Source: an uncultured Dehalococcoidia bacterium
Lineage (GTDB): Bacteria; Chloroflexota; Dehalococcoidia; Lucifugimonadales; UBA3495
DNA: 64,000 nucleotides
Assembly (NCBI GenBank): GCA_950072105.1
Contig: CATMOE010000010.1
Span: forward strand, 4,438-68,437
Direction: 5' to 3'
The notes below the pieces were generated by a model, which was not told the origin of the DNA, did no database searches, and saw nothing but the letters and a program-made list of their open reading frames with translations. The position numbers and the translations under genes are program-made. Positions 43,319 through 51,794 of this stretch are shown here, one piece after another. Position 1 is the first letter of the stretch. Every line of letters starts with the position of its first letter.

Positions 43319-44590
43319 TCAACGCATGGCACCGGCCTTCTGCGGTTCGCTTTTCGGTAAACTTTGTTCCGCCGCCAAGTAATCCGTAAACTCCTGGATA
43401 CTGCCGAAGCTGGCGACCAACTTCAGGAAATCCTCCAATGAATCGCTGCGCCGCCGCAACTCTTTCAACTGTTCGTTGATGGGGCTTACCGACGCCGGAC
43501 TGGCGGCGTAGGAGCCGTGAAAAGCGAAGAAGGCTTGGTTGATTTTCCTGATCAATCTGCCATTGGCTGCTAGGAACTGGCGGCGTTCCTCCATGTACGC
43601 CTCGGCCTCCTCAATCTTGCCTTGGGCCAAAAGCTCCTCGGCCTCCATCCGGGTCTCCCGCAACGCCTCGTTGAAATCGAATACCTCTGGTGCCGCTCCC
43701 GCCGCTGGACCCGAGTTCCGGTTAACGACTTCACCGGTCATGGCGGTGTAGGCCAGATCGCCGATCTCCTCTCCACCCATGGTGGCTGCTGTTTCGTTCA
43801 GCGTGGTCATTTCCGAGCTGTCCCAGAAGTGCTGACCCAAAGGTTGGAAGAAAAACCAATGGTGCAGCCATTCATGGGCGGTGATCACCACGGCGTGGTG
43901 GAGACTGCTTGTATCGGACACTACGCTGGGGTAAGTGGCAACCCCTCCCGTGTCCTCCACCAACGCCGCCAAGTTTTCTTCCCGCAAAACCAACCCCTCG
44001 ATTCTGTCCCTCACCTCGTCGCTGATACCGGGCTCTAAAAGGATTGTCTGTTGGCGGTGGATCCGGTCCCGGGGAGATAGCACTAGAACGGTGGGAGAAC
44101 TGGAATACACCGTGTCCACCGGAGGAAAAAGAAAGCCGATGCGAGACTTGAAATTTGCCTCGCCGAGAATGGTGCTTATCTCGGCCTCCACGGCCTCTTC
44201 CACTTGGGGCCGCAGGGCCCGGCGCCGTTCTTCAATCTGCTCAATCTCGGCCCTCAGTGACAGAGTTTCCGCGTCAGAAAGGGGTTCACCGGTAGTGGTT
44301 GACGACAACAATCGACGCTCTGCGTCTCTTTGTTGCCGTCCCAACTTAAAAAATTCTTGGGCAAGCTGGTTCTTAATGCTCCGGCCATTTTCAGACGCCC
44401 ACGGGAGGAGGAGACCGGCTTGGCGCACCCATTTATCCAGGAAGTTGGACAGTTCCCATTGCAGCAGGCTGTAATGGTAGGGCGACACCGCCAGGTCCAA
44501 TGGGGAGGGCCGGAAGTCGCCTCCACCGGCGGCCAGCACCGCCACGGACAAGAAAACAAACAAGGCAGCGGTGCGGAGGACCTTGGGCAT
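43319..44590 (-). CDS. hypothetical membrane-anchored protein with HExxH motif (putative metallopeptidase)
   Basis: 423 aa. N-terminal hydrophobic anchor MPKVLRTAALFVFLSVAVLAAG, coiled-coil stretches, and HEWLH within ..VVITAHEWLHHWFF.. Confidence 0.4.
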   Translation of the reverse strand: MPKVLRTAALFVFLSVAVLAAGGGDFRPSPLDLAVSPYHYSLLQWELSNFLDKWVRQAGLLLPWASENGRSIKNQLAQEFFKLGRQQRDAERRLLSSTTTGEPLSDAETLSLRAEIEQIEERRRALRPQVEEAVEAEISTILGEANFKSRIGFLFPPVDTVYSSSPTVLVLSPRDRIHRQQTILLEPGISDEVRDRIEGLVLREENLAALVEDTGGVATYPSVVSDTSSLHHAVVITAHEWLHHWFFFQPLGQHFWDSSEMTTLNETAATMGGEEIGDLAYTAMTGEVVNRNSGPAAGAAPEVFDFNEALRETRMEAEELLAQGKIEEAEAYMEERRQFLAANGRLIRKINQAFFAFHGSYAASPASVSPINEQLKELRRRSDSLEDFLKLVASFGSIQEFTDYLAAEQSLPKSEPQKAGAMR

Positions 44591-44598
44591 GCGAACGA

Positions 44599-45762
44599 TC
44601 AGGCGAGGACGCGGTACCGGTAGCTGGAGGTCAGCAGGTCTCCCTCTTCAAAGCGGCTGAACCTTAAGGGGTTAATGTCGATGGAAGAGGCCCTGCCCTG
44701 GGTGATCAACTCGGCCATGGTCAATCCAATCATCGGCGAAAGCTTGAACCCGTGGCCGCTGAACCCCACGGCGCAATACAGACCCTCGATACCCGGCACC
44801 CGGTCCAAGATGGGGTGCCAGTCCGGCGTCACCGTAAAGAGACCCGACCAGCCACCGCGGAAATAGGAGTCGGCCATGGCCGGCATCCGGCGGGCCAGCT
44901 TGCCCAACGCCTCGGTCACCTCCGGCATGTCCACGCCTTCGTTGTAGCTGTCCACCTCGACTTCTTCCTCGCCAAACCCAATAAATGTCATGTTGGAACC
45001 GTCAGGACGGAAGGAGAAGGACTGGGCGATGTCTCCGACGATGGGATGATCCGGTATCCGGTCCAGGGGCCTGGTAAGCGTGGCTACTTGGTGCCGCACG
45101 GCGGATAGCGGCAGATCGATCCCCACTTTGGCCATTACCTGACGCGACCAAGGACCGGAAGCCACCACCGCCACGTTGGTCTCTCGCCTGCCTTCAGCCG
45201 TCAAAACCGCTTGTACCCGGCCGCCGGAAATCTCGATCCTCACGGCGGGGTTGCGCAGTTCGATCCGCGCCCCCATGTCTTTGGCTCTGTTGGCGTAAGA
45301 GGTGGTTAGCTGGTAGGGGTCGGCGTAACCTGACTCCGGCTCCCAGGCCAGGGCCTCGGACTCGTCGATCTCCACCATGGGAGCCAGTTCCCGCACCTGG
45401 GCGGCATCGACCAAGCCGGTGCTGATGCCCAAGTCTTGCTGCATGGCGATGTTCTTTTCCAACCCCGGACGGTCAACGTCCTCGACGATTACCAGGTACC
45501 CGGTTTTGACGAAGCCAGAGGTCCCGCCAACCATCTCGCCGAAATTCCTGAAGTACTTCAGGCTCTCCCAGGCCATGGAGGCGGTCACCGGATTGGAGTA
45601 ATGCATCCGGCAGATGGCCTGGGAACGGCCCGTGGAACCGGAACCCAGCACGTCTTGTTCCACCAGGACGGAGTTGGTTACTCCCAGTTTGGCCAGGTTG
45701 TACAGCATGCTGCACCCCATCACCCCGCCGCCGATGATTACTACGTCTGCTGATTGTTGCAT
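44599..45762 (-). CDS. FAD-dependent oxidoreductase (DAO / sarcosine-oxidase-beta-like)
   Basis: 387 aa. N-terminal dinucleotide fold DVVIIGGGVMGCS. Confidence 0.85.
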   Translation of the reverse strand: MQQSADVVIIGGGVMGCSMLYNLAKLGVTNSVLVEQDVLGSGSTGRSQAICRMHYSNPVTASMAWESLKYFRNFGEMVGGTSGFVKTGYLVIVEDVDRPGLEKNIAMQQDLGISTGLVDAAQVRELAPMVEIDESEALAWEPESGYADPYQLTTSYANRAKDMGARIELRNPAVRIEISGGRVQAVLTAEGRRETNVAVVASGPWSRQVMAKVGIDLPLSAVRHQVATLTRPLDRIPDHPIVGDIAQSFSFRPDGSNMTFIGFGEEEVEVDSYNEGVDMPEVTEALGKLARRMPAMADSYFRGGWSGLFTVTPDWHPILDRVPGIEGLYCAVGFSGHGFKLSPMIGLTMAELITQGRASSIDINPLRFSRFEEGDLLTSSYRYRVLA

Positions 45763-45815
45763 TTCTCGCTGTCTCCAACGGGTGCCTTAAAAGTAAACTG
45801 GGAATCTTCCTTCTT

Positions 45816-46916
45816 TCAGTCTACCAACAAGGGCAATTGTTCGTCGGGCGGACCGCTGGTGTTCGCAGCGTCCAAGTCCAATGGATAATATACTCTCGAA
45901 CGGGTTTTGCCTTCCAGCCTAAATACACCCACATTCACCATCTCGTTCAGATCCCGTGAGGCCGTAGCCGGGGAAACGCCGGTGATTTCCATGTAATCCG
46001 ACCGGGTCATCTGCCCGGTCTGGAGTGCGAAGACGTAGGCGTCTACGTGGCGCTGGGGCCAACCGCTGGCGGCCCAAGTGTCACGAACTAGCTGCATCAT
46101 CCGGTGCCATCCCGTCGTCCTTGCCACTAGATCGTCGGAAGCAGTCTTCAGTACCATGATGGAGAACTCCAGCCAGGGCGTGGCATCATACCCCACGGAG
46201 AACTCTTGCCCCAATGACCTACCGATGGCAGAAAAGTAATCGTCTTTGAGGTTCAAGAAAACCGACTCGGTGGAGATCAACTTCCTGAACCCGTAGGGCG
46301 ACCGCTGCAGCAGCAGGGTTTCCAGCCCTCGAGCCGTCCTTCCGTTTCCGTCCCAAAAGGGGTGGATGGCAACCAGATGCAGGTGGGCGATCCCAGCTTT
46401 CAGAACAGGGTGCACTCCGTCATCCTCCTTCAGCCATAGGGCGAAGGAACGCATCAACCCGGGAACGTCCCTCTGGTTCGGTGTTCGGAAATCGCCGACG
46501 GAGTTAGGTCCCTTCCGGTACACACCCGGTGTGAGCATTTCCGAGGCAGTCGATATGAAATATCGGTTGAGCTGCCGCATCACAAGTTCGTCTACCGGAA
46601 TATCTCCTTGATCGCTGATGAAGTCGATGAAGTCGTAGGCCTGAATAGCGTTGATGTTGGCCTGCTCATCCTCGGTAAATTTGCCCGTGAACCCCCCGCC
46701 GGCCAGATTCCTTACGGCTGTTTCGTCAAGGGTAGCTCCCTCGATCCTGGTCGTACCGGAGGACCGTCGAACTTGGACATCCCGATGAAACCAGGCTTCG
46801 TGCTTGGGCATCAACAGCATATTCTCGATCAACCATTGGTTCCGTTCGATTCCATCCAGGCAAACCTCGATATTGGGTGTAATGGTATAATTCGGCTGGA
46901 AGATACTATCATTCAT
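45816..46916 (-). CDS. Fic family protein (class II, N-terminal inhibitory motif) with C-terminal winged-helix
   Basis: Canonical Fic motif HPFWDGNGRTAR. N-terminal TTRIEG fits the (S/T)xxxE(G/N) inhibitory helix. Start taken at Met18 (46916), because the longer ORF start lies upstream of the only -10-like element. Confidence 0.85.
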   Translation of the reverse strand: MNDSIFQPNYTITPNIEVCLDGIERNQWLIENMLLMPKHEAWFHRDVQVRRSSGTTRIEGATLDETAVRNLAGGGFTGKFTEDEQANINAIQAYDFIDFISDQGDIPVDELVMRQLNRYFISTASEMLTPGVYRKGPNSVGDFRTPNQRDVPGLMRSFALWLKEDDGVHPVLKAGIAHLHLVAIHPFWDGNGRTARGLETLLLQRSPYGFRKLISTESVFLNLKDDYFSAIGRSLGQEFSVGYDATPWLEFSIMVLKTASDDLVARTTGWHRMMQLVRDTWAASGWPQRHVDAYVFALQTGQMTRSDYMEITGVSPATASRDLNEMVNVGVFRLEGKTRSRVYYPLDLDAANTSGPPDEQLPLLVD

Positions 46917-46954
46917 GGCATAGCAACCTAAGTAATACTCTCTGTTTGATAGAT

Positions 46955-46971
46955 ATGATAGTATCATTATA
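46955..46971 (-). promoter_or_regulatory. palindrome overlapping a TATAAT box upstream of fic
   Basis: Perfect inverted repeat atgata-g-tatcat (46955-46967). The minus-strand TATAAT is at 46966-46971. No good -35. Confidence 0.3.
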
Positions 46972-47043
46972 TAACATTCGGGTCAACCTGCCCTACACAG
47001 AACCAACTCCAGCCGTCCCACACGCAGTGACCGGCCACGCCTG

Positions 47044-47073
47044 TTGACAGTTGTTGACGTTCTCAGGTAGACT
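47044..47073 (+). promoter_or_regulatory. sigma70-type promoter of the sulfite-reductase leader
   Basis: TTGACA (47044-47049), 18-nt spacer, TAGACT (47068-47073). Confidence 0.4.
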
Positions 47074-47093
47074 TCATTCCAATGAGTCTCGTA

Positions 47094-47174
47094 TCGATTA
47101 ACTGCTGCATCTGTACCTGTCCCCCCACAGAGGGGGCAGGCTAGTCGTTCGTCCAACGACATCGTCTTAATCGA
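47094..47174 (+). ncRNA. structured leader: closing helix P1 enclosing two hairpins (candidate riboswitch aptamer or sRNA, class unknown)
   Basis: P1 is tcgattaa 47094-47101 with ttaatcga 47167-47174. P2 is 47116-47140 (9 bp, one bulged T, 6-nt loop). P3 is gtcgtt-cgtcc-aacgac 47144-47160. Confidence 0.4.
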
Positions 47175-47182
47175 CACCTGCG

Positions 47183-47218
47183 CCCACCAAGCACGCCGTT
47201 TGGTGGGTTTTTTATTTT
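47183..47218 (+). terminator. intrinsic terminator in the sulfite-reductase leader
   Basis: cccaccaa (47183-47190), 9-nt loop, ttggtggg (47200-47207), then TTTTTTATTTT. No U-run in the opposite orientation. The AGGAGG RBS lies 10 nt downstream. Confidence 0.7.
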
Positions 47219-47239
47219 GCCAAATCGTAGGAGGCCACG

Positions 47240-49114
47240 TTGACAAGTCCGACCGGAGGAACCCAGGTAATAAACCAGGAAAAGATTCACCAAGAGAGCA
47301 TGGCGCTGGCCCCGTCTGCTACGGGGATCATCCCCTTCATGGACGAAGAGATCGTCCGCCTGGAAGAGGAGTCCCAAAAGTTCCAGAACGGTGAACTGGA
47401 AAACGCCGAATTCACCCCTTTCCGGCTACGCCAGGGAGTGTATGGCCAGCGCCAAGCCGACGTTCAGATGATACGAGTCAAACTGCCCGGTGGGATCATC
47501 ACCGCCGACGGTTTGCAAATGTTTGGGAAGATCACCGAACGGTATGCGCCTCTGCAAAAAGGTCACATCACCACACGGGAGAACATCCAGATCCACCACA
47601 TTCCCTTGGACGAGTGCCCAGAAGTTTTGCGTTTGCTGGCAGAGGTGGGGTTGAGCACCAGAGAAGCGTGCGGCAACACCGTCAGAAACGTGATCAGCTC
47701 GCCTGGCGCGGGGATATGCCCCGACGAAGTTTTCGACCCGACACCCCACCTGACAGCCTACGTGCGGTTCGGCATTCGCCATCCCATCACGCAGAACTTC
47801 CCTCGCAAGTTCAAGACGGCCTTCACCGGATGCGACTCCCATGACACCGTGGCCGCCGCCATCCAGGACCTGACCTTCGTCTCTCAGATCAGAGAGACTG
47901 ACGGCGTTACCCAACGGGGGTTCAGAATATTCGTGGGCGGCGGCACATCCATCATGCCCCGGCTAGCCAAACCTTTGTACGACTTCCTGCCTGAGGACGA
48001 CTACTTGCGGCTGAGTTTGGCCATCTGGACGGTCTTCAACAACGCCCAGATGTTGCGCAAGAACCGTATGATGGCCCGGCTCAAGGTTCTCATCGACCGG
48101 ATCGGGCTGGATGATTTTCGCGCGCAAGTTGAGGAAGAACTGGAGAAGATAGGCCCCATAGACCCCAAGCCTTTGATGGAAGCCGAAGAGATCCATAGAG
48201 AAACCGCGCCGGCTGTGGAGCATCTCTCCTTCCCGGCCCTCAAACTCAACGGATCCTCTAACAACGGTCACCACGGAGACGATGAGTTCGATCACTGGAC
48301 GGAAACAAACGTTTCCGCTCAGAAGCAAGAAGGCTATTACCTGGTCTACGTCAAAATGACCCGTGGCGACATCACCGCAGCCCAGTTCCACGGTCTGGCA
48401 GACATTGTCCGCCGCTACACCGGCGGCCGCGCCCGAACCAACCAGGAGCAGAACCTGGCCCTCCGCTGGGTCCCTGGCCAGTCATTGAAAGAAGTATGGC
48501 AAGCATTGAAAGCCATTGGTTTGGCCGATGCCGACGTCCACACCATCGCTGACGTCGTTTCCTGCCCCGGAACCGACAGCTGCAAGCTGGGCATCACCTC
48601 GTCGATGGGCCTGTCCAAGGCCGTGACGGATGATATGGCGGGCTGGAACGGTTTGATGGAGGACGAAGGGGTCCGTAAGATCCGCATCAAGATAAGCGGC
48701 TGCCCCAACGGATGCGGGCTGCACCACATCGCCAACATAGGCTTCCACGGCGCGGCCGTTAAAGGCCCCGACGGCGATCAGATCCCGGCCTACGAGCTGT
48801 TCCTAGGCGGCAACTACGGCGATAACCGAGTGGAGGACTCCAGCATCGGCACGCGGATTCCCAAGGTGAAAGTCCCCGCCAAGGCCGTTCCGGGCGTCAT
48901 CAAACAGATCACCACCTACTACAAAGAGAACCGCCAGAACCAGGAGAGCTTCAACAAGTTCCTGGAAAGGGTCGGTATCGCCCAACTAACCGCCGTCGCC
49001 GCCCAAGCCCAGAGTATCACCGAGTCCACCGAAGCGGGTTCCGACCTTTACTTCGATTGGGAGCGGACCAACATATACAAGCTGGAACGCGGTGAAGGTG
49101 AGTGCATGGTCTAG
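47240..49114 (+). CDS. sulfite/nitrite reductase hemoprotein (ferredoxin-dependent type)
   Basis: 624 aa. Siroheme-[4Fe-4S] Cys motifs ..SCPGTDSCKLG.. and ..SGCPNGCGLHH.. TTG start 5 nt after AGGAGG. Confidence 0.85.
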   Translation: MTSPTGGTQVINQEKIHQESMALAPSATGIIPFMDEEIVRLEEESQKFQNGELENAEFTPFRLRQGVYGQRQADVQMIRVKLPGGIITADGLQMFGKITERYAPLQKGHITTRENIQIHHIPLDECPEVLRLLAEVGLSTREACGNTVRNVISSPGAGICPDEVFDPTPHLTAYVRFGIRHPITQNFPRKFKTAFTGCDSHDTVAAAIQDLTFVSQIRETDGVTQRGFRIFVGGGTSIMPRLAKPLYDFLPEDDYLRLSLAIWTVFNNAQMLRKNRMMARLKVLIDRIGLDDFRAQVEEELEKIGPIDPKPLMEAEEIHRETAPAVEHLSFPALKLNGSSNNGHHGDDEFDHWTETNVSAQKQEGYYLVYVKMTRGDITAAQFHGLADIVRRYTGGRARTNQEQNLALRWVPGQSLKEVWQALKAIGLADADVHTIADVVSCPGTDSCKLGITSSMGLSKAVTDDMAGWNGLMEDEGVRKIRIKISGCPNGCGLHHIANIGFHGAAVKGPDGDQIPAYELFLGGNYGDNRVEDSSIGTRIPKVKVPAKAVPGVIKQITTYYKENRQNQESFNKFLERVGIAQLTAVAAQAQSITESTEAGSDLYFDWERTNIYKLERGEGECMV

Positions 49115-49123
49115 GGTACGGGA

Positions 49124-49948
49124 GTGGCAGCCTCGCTAAGCGGCAAAGTCGTCGCCTTTTTGGAATCCCGCATGCAATCGGAGATGGCGGGGCTGATTGA
49201 ACGCCATGGAGGCACACCCTACCCTGCTCCGGTCCTTCAGGAGGTCTATCTGAAGGACAGCCCTGAAGTGCGGCGATTGATTCAGGATATCTGCGCCGAA
49301 CAGGTCGATATAGTCGTCCTGCTCACCGGCGTGGGCACCCAAGCCCTCGTCGAGACCGCCGCGTCCATGGGCCTGGAGCAAGATTTTCTCCGGAGCCTGA
49401 ACACCCGGACCATCATCGCCCGCAGCCCCAAGCCCGCCAGGGTGCTGCGCCGGCACAAGATTCACATCGACGTCATGCCGCCGGAACCCTACACCTCACA
49501 GGACTTGATCCAGGCCATACAGGATATGGACTTGTCCGGAAAAGAAGTGGCGGTGCAGGCATACGGCGGGCCCAACAGCTTCCTCAAACGCAGTTTGCAA
49601 GAAAGCGGCGCTAATGTTCGAGAAGTCACGCTGTATACCTGGGGGCTTCCCGAGGATACGGCGCCGGTGGTGCGGCTGATCGACGATCTGGCCCTGGGCG
49701 CGATCGATGCCATGGCATTCACCAGCCAACCCCAGGTTGAAAACCTGCTGACCGTCGCCGCTCAGATGGGAAGGGACGAATCCTTGAGGAAAAGTCTTGA
49801 CCAACCGTCGCTGGCGATCGCTTCCATAGGACCGGTTTGCAGCCGGAAGCTGAGGGAGAAGCACATCAAGATCGACGTGGAACCGGAGCACGTTCACATG
49901 GGCAACCTGATAGTCGCCCTAGCCGAACACTTGGGTCCGGACGTTTAA
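49124..49948 (+). CDS. hemD: uroporphyrinogen-III synthase family protein
   Basis: 274 aa. Two-lobed HemD-like pattern (..VVLLTGVGT.., ..AMAFTSQPQV.., ..IASIGPV..). Context is directly after a siroheme enzyme. Confidence 0.65.
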   Translation: MAASLSGKVVAFLESRMQSEMAGLIERHGGTPYPAPVLQEVYLKDSPEVRRLIQDICAEQVDIVVLLTGVGTQALVETAASMGLEQDFLRSLNTRTIIARSPKPARVLRRHKIHIDVMPPEPYTSQDLIQAIQDMDLSGKEVAVQAYGGPNSFLKRSLQESGANVREVTLYTWGLPEDTAPVVRLIDDLALGAIDAMAFTSQPQVENLLTVAAQMGRDESLRKSLDQPSLAIASIGPVCSRKLREKHIKIDVEPEHVHMGNLIVALAEHLGPDV

Positions 49949-49962
49949 AGGGCGGCCAAACT

Positions 49963-50364
49963 CTAGCCGCTTTTCAGCCAGTTCTTGATCCGGTCCCACG
50001 GGGACTGGACCTCATCCACGGATCTTCCCCGCCACTTCTTCTCATAGGAAATGGATCTGGGCGTGACAAAAAACAGAAGGTAGGACACGGCGAGTAAACC
50101 AAGGCCTACCCAGATCAATGGCCAAAACCAGATTCCCGCTATCAAAACGACCGCGCCGGTCAGCATTGCCTTTCCGGGTGAGACTCTTGGCAACCGCCAA
50201 CGATAATTTGGACCTGCCGCAGGGGCCTCCCGGCTGGCGCGAATCGGCCTGGGACCTCGATCGACAACGCTTCTCCGTTCCCCTTCCTGCGGCTGTTCGC
50301 TGGGAGGCGCCTCGCCGACCCTCTTCAAGATTTCCTCTATCTCGTCTTGGTACTTCTCAGGCAT
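49963..50364 (-). CDS. hypothetical membrane protein
   Basis: 133 aa. Charged N-terminus, two central hydrophobic helices. GGAGG RBS. Confidence 0.45.
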   Translation of the reverse strand: MPEKYQDEIEEILKRVGEAPPSEQPQEGERRSVVDRGPRPIRASREAPAAGPNYRWRLPRVSPGKAMLTGAVVLIAGIWFWPLIWVGLGLLAVSYLLFFVTPRSISYEKKWRGRSVDEVQSPWDRIKNWLKSG

Positions 50365-50771
50365 ACCGCCTCCAGTCAGGTAACTCTCGGTTGTGCCAGT
50401 AATTCTCTCTGGACCAGGCTGAAGGTTGGCTCCGATCGGTTCCGGCCCGATACCACCGTTAGGCTATCGATTCCCAGGCTGCATCTGAGCCTAAATAGAT
50501 ACAGGGGTGAATTATACCGTACCCTGACAGTCGCCGGGAAGAGGAGAATCCACTGAATTTCCCGTCCGTTCTCGATTCCGTCCCAGGACTAGTTGCGAAA
50601 TCACAACGGCCTGGCCTTCTTGGAGCACCTTTCTAGTCATTGGAGCCTTATTCTTCACTCTTGTGAATTGGCTCTTCATTGGGGTAGGATGCCGGAAGCA
50701 GGTACAATTCTCAACCGGTCCCCATGGAACCCCCGTGGTGGGAAAAGGATTATCACGTGGTTGAACAACTG

Positions 50772-51794
50772 ATGTTGAGTGTGGTCGACCAGTCTCCTGT
50801 GAGGGACGGCGACTCCGCCGGAGACGCTCTCCGAGATACCATCGAATTGGCGGCGGTGGTGGAAAAACTAGGATACCAACGGTATTGGCTGGCTGAGCAC
50901 CACAGCATCGCCAACTTCGCCGGGACCAGCCCGGAAATACTGATCGGACAGGTGGCCGCCCGCACCAAGACCATCCGGGTGGGCAGCGGCGGCGTGATGC
51001 TTTCCCATTACAGCGCGTTCAAGGTGGCGGAAAACTTCCGAATGTTGGAGGCGCTCTATCCCGGGCGCATCGACCTGGGCATCGGACGCGCCCCAGGAAG
51101 CGACCAACTGACCAACGCGGCCCTGTCCTACCCCAAACGCCCCGCTGACATCAGCCATTTCCCCCAACAGGTAACCGACGTGCTGGGCCACCTCGGGGGC
51201 AGTCTTGACGCCGAGCACATCTTTGCCGGCATCCGCGCCGGCCCCGTCCCCACAGGAATGCCCCATGTCTGGCTTCTGGGTTCCCGTTACGAAAGCGCAT
51301 ATATGGCGGCAAGCCTGGGCCTGCCCTTCGCCTACGCCCACTTTTTCGGCCTAGGAGTCGAAGAAGGTCCGCAAATAGTGGATGGATACCGTAAAAGCTT
51401 CAAACCGTCGGAATACCTGTCCGAGCCCAAGGTCAACATCGGCGTTCAGGTACTTTGCGCTGACACCGAAGAAGCGGCCCTACGCATAGCCTCGAGCCGC
51501 AACCTGGCCCGCCTCAAGTCGGTCACCGGACGGGCGAGGGGCGTACCCACCATCGAAGAAGCGCTGGCCTACGAGTACGCGCCCAACGAGGTAGCCTATA
51601 CCCAGCAATATACCAGGCTCTGCGTCGATGGCACGCCGGAGCAGGTGAAAGAACGGCTGGACGAACTGGCCGAGATGTACCAGACCCAAGATCTGAGCAT
51701 CGTTACGATCTGCTACGCCTTTGCCGACCGGGTCCGCTCCTACGAGTTGGTGGCTCAGGTCTGCGGGCTGGAGCAAGGGCCGGGTAGCTGCTAG
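50772..51794 (+). CDS. LLM class flavin-dependent oxidoreductase (luciferase family group 1)
   Basis: Start taken at MLSVVDQSPV.. (ATG 50772), as in this family. ..YQRYWLAEHH.. signature. Confidence 0.85.
   Translation: MLSVVDQSPVRDGDSAGDALRDTIELAAVVEKLGYQRYWLAEHHSIANFAGTSPEILIGQVAARTKTIRVGSGGVMLSHYSAFKVAENFRMLEALYPGRIDLGIGRAPGSDQLTNAALSYPKRPADISHFPQQVTDVLGHLGGSLDAEHIFAGIRAGPVPTGMPHVWLLGSRYESAYMAASLGLPFAYAHFFGLGVEEGPQIVDGYRKSFKPSEYLSEPKVNIGVQVLCADTEEAALRIASSRNLARLKSVTGRARGVPTIEEALAYEYAPNEVAYTQQYTRLCVDGTPEQVKERLDELAEMYQTQDLSIVTICYAFADRVRSYELVAQVCGLEQGPGSC

Noticed and set aside
46917-47239. Possible tRNA or tRNA-Sec (selC) or other known ncRNA in the fic-sir intergenic region, and in other spacers near selB.
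   Set aside because: The hairpins do not form a cloverleaf. There is no TCA anticodon loop and no T-loop GTTCRA box. I found no tRNA-like sequence in any intergenic region of the window by eye. This should be confirmed with tRNAscan-SE/ARAGORN.
46983-47246. 87-aa minus-strand ORF in the fic-sir spacer.
   Set aside because: It has no RBS and an odd composition. It is fully overlapped by the promoter, structured leader and terminator on the + strand.
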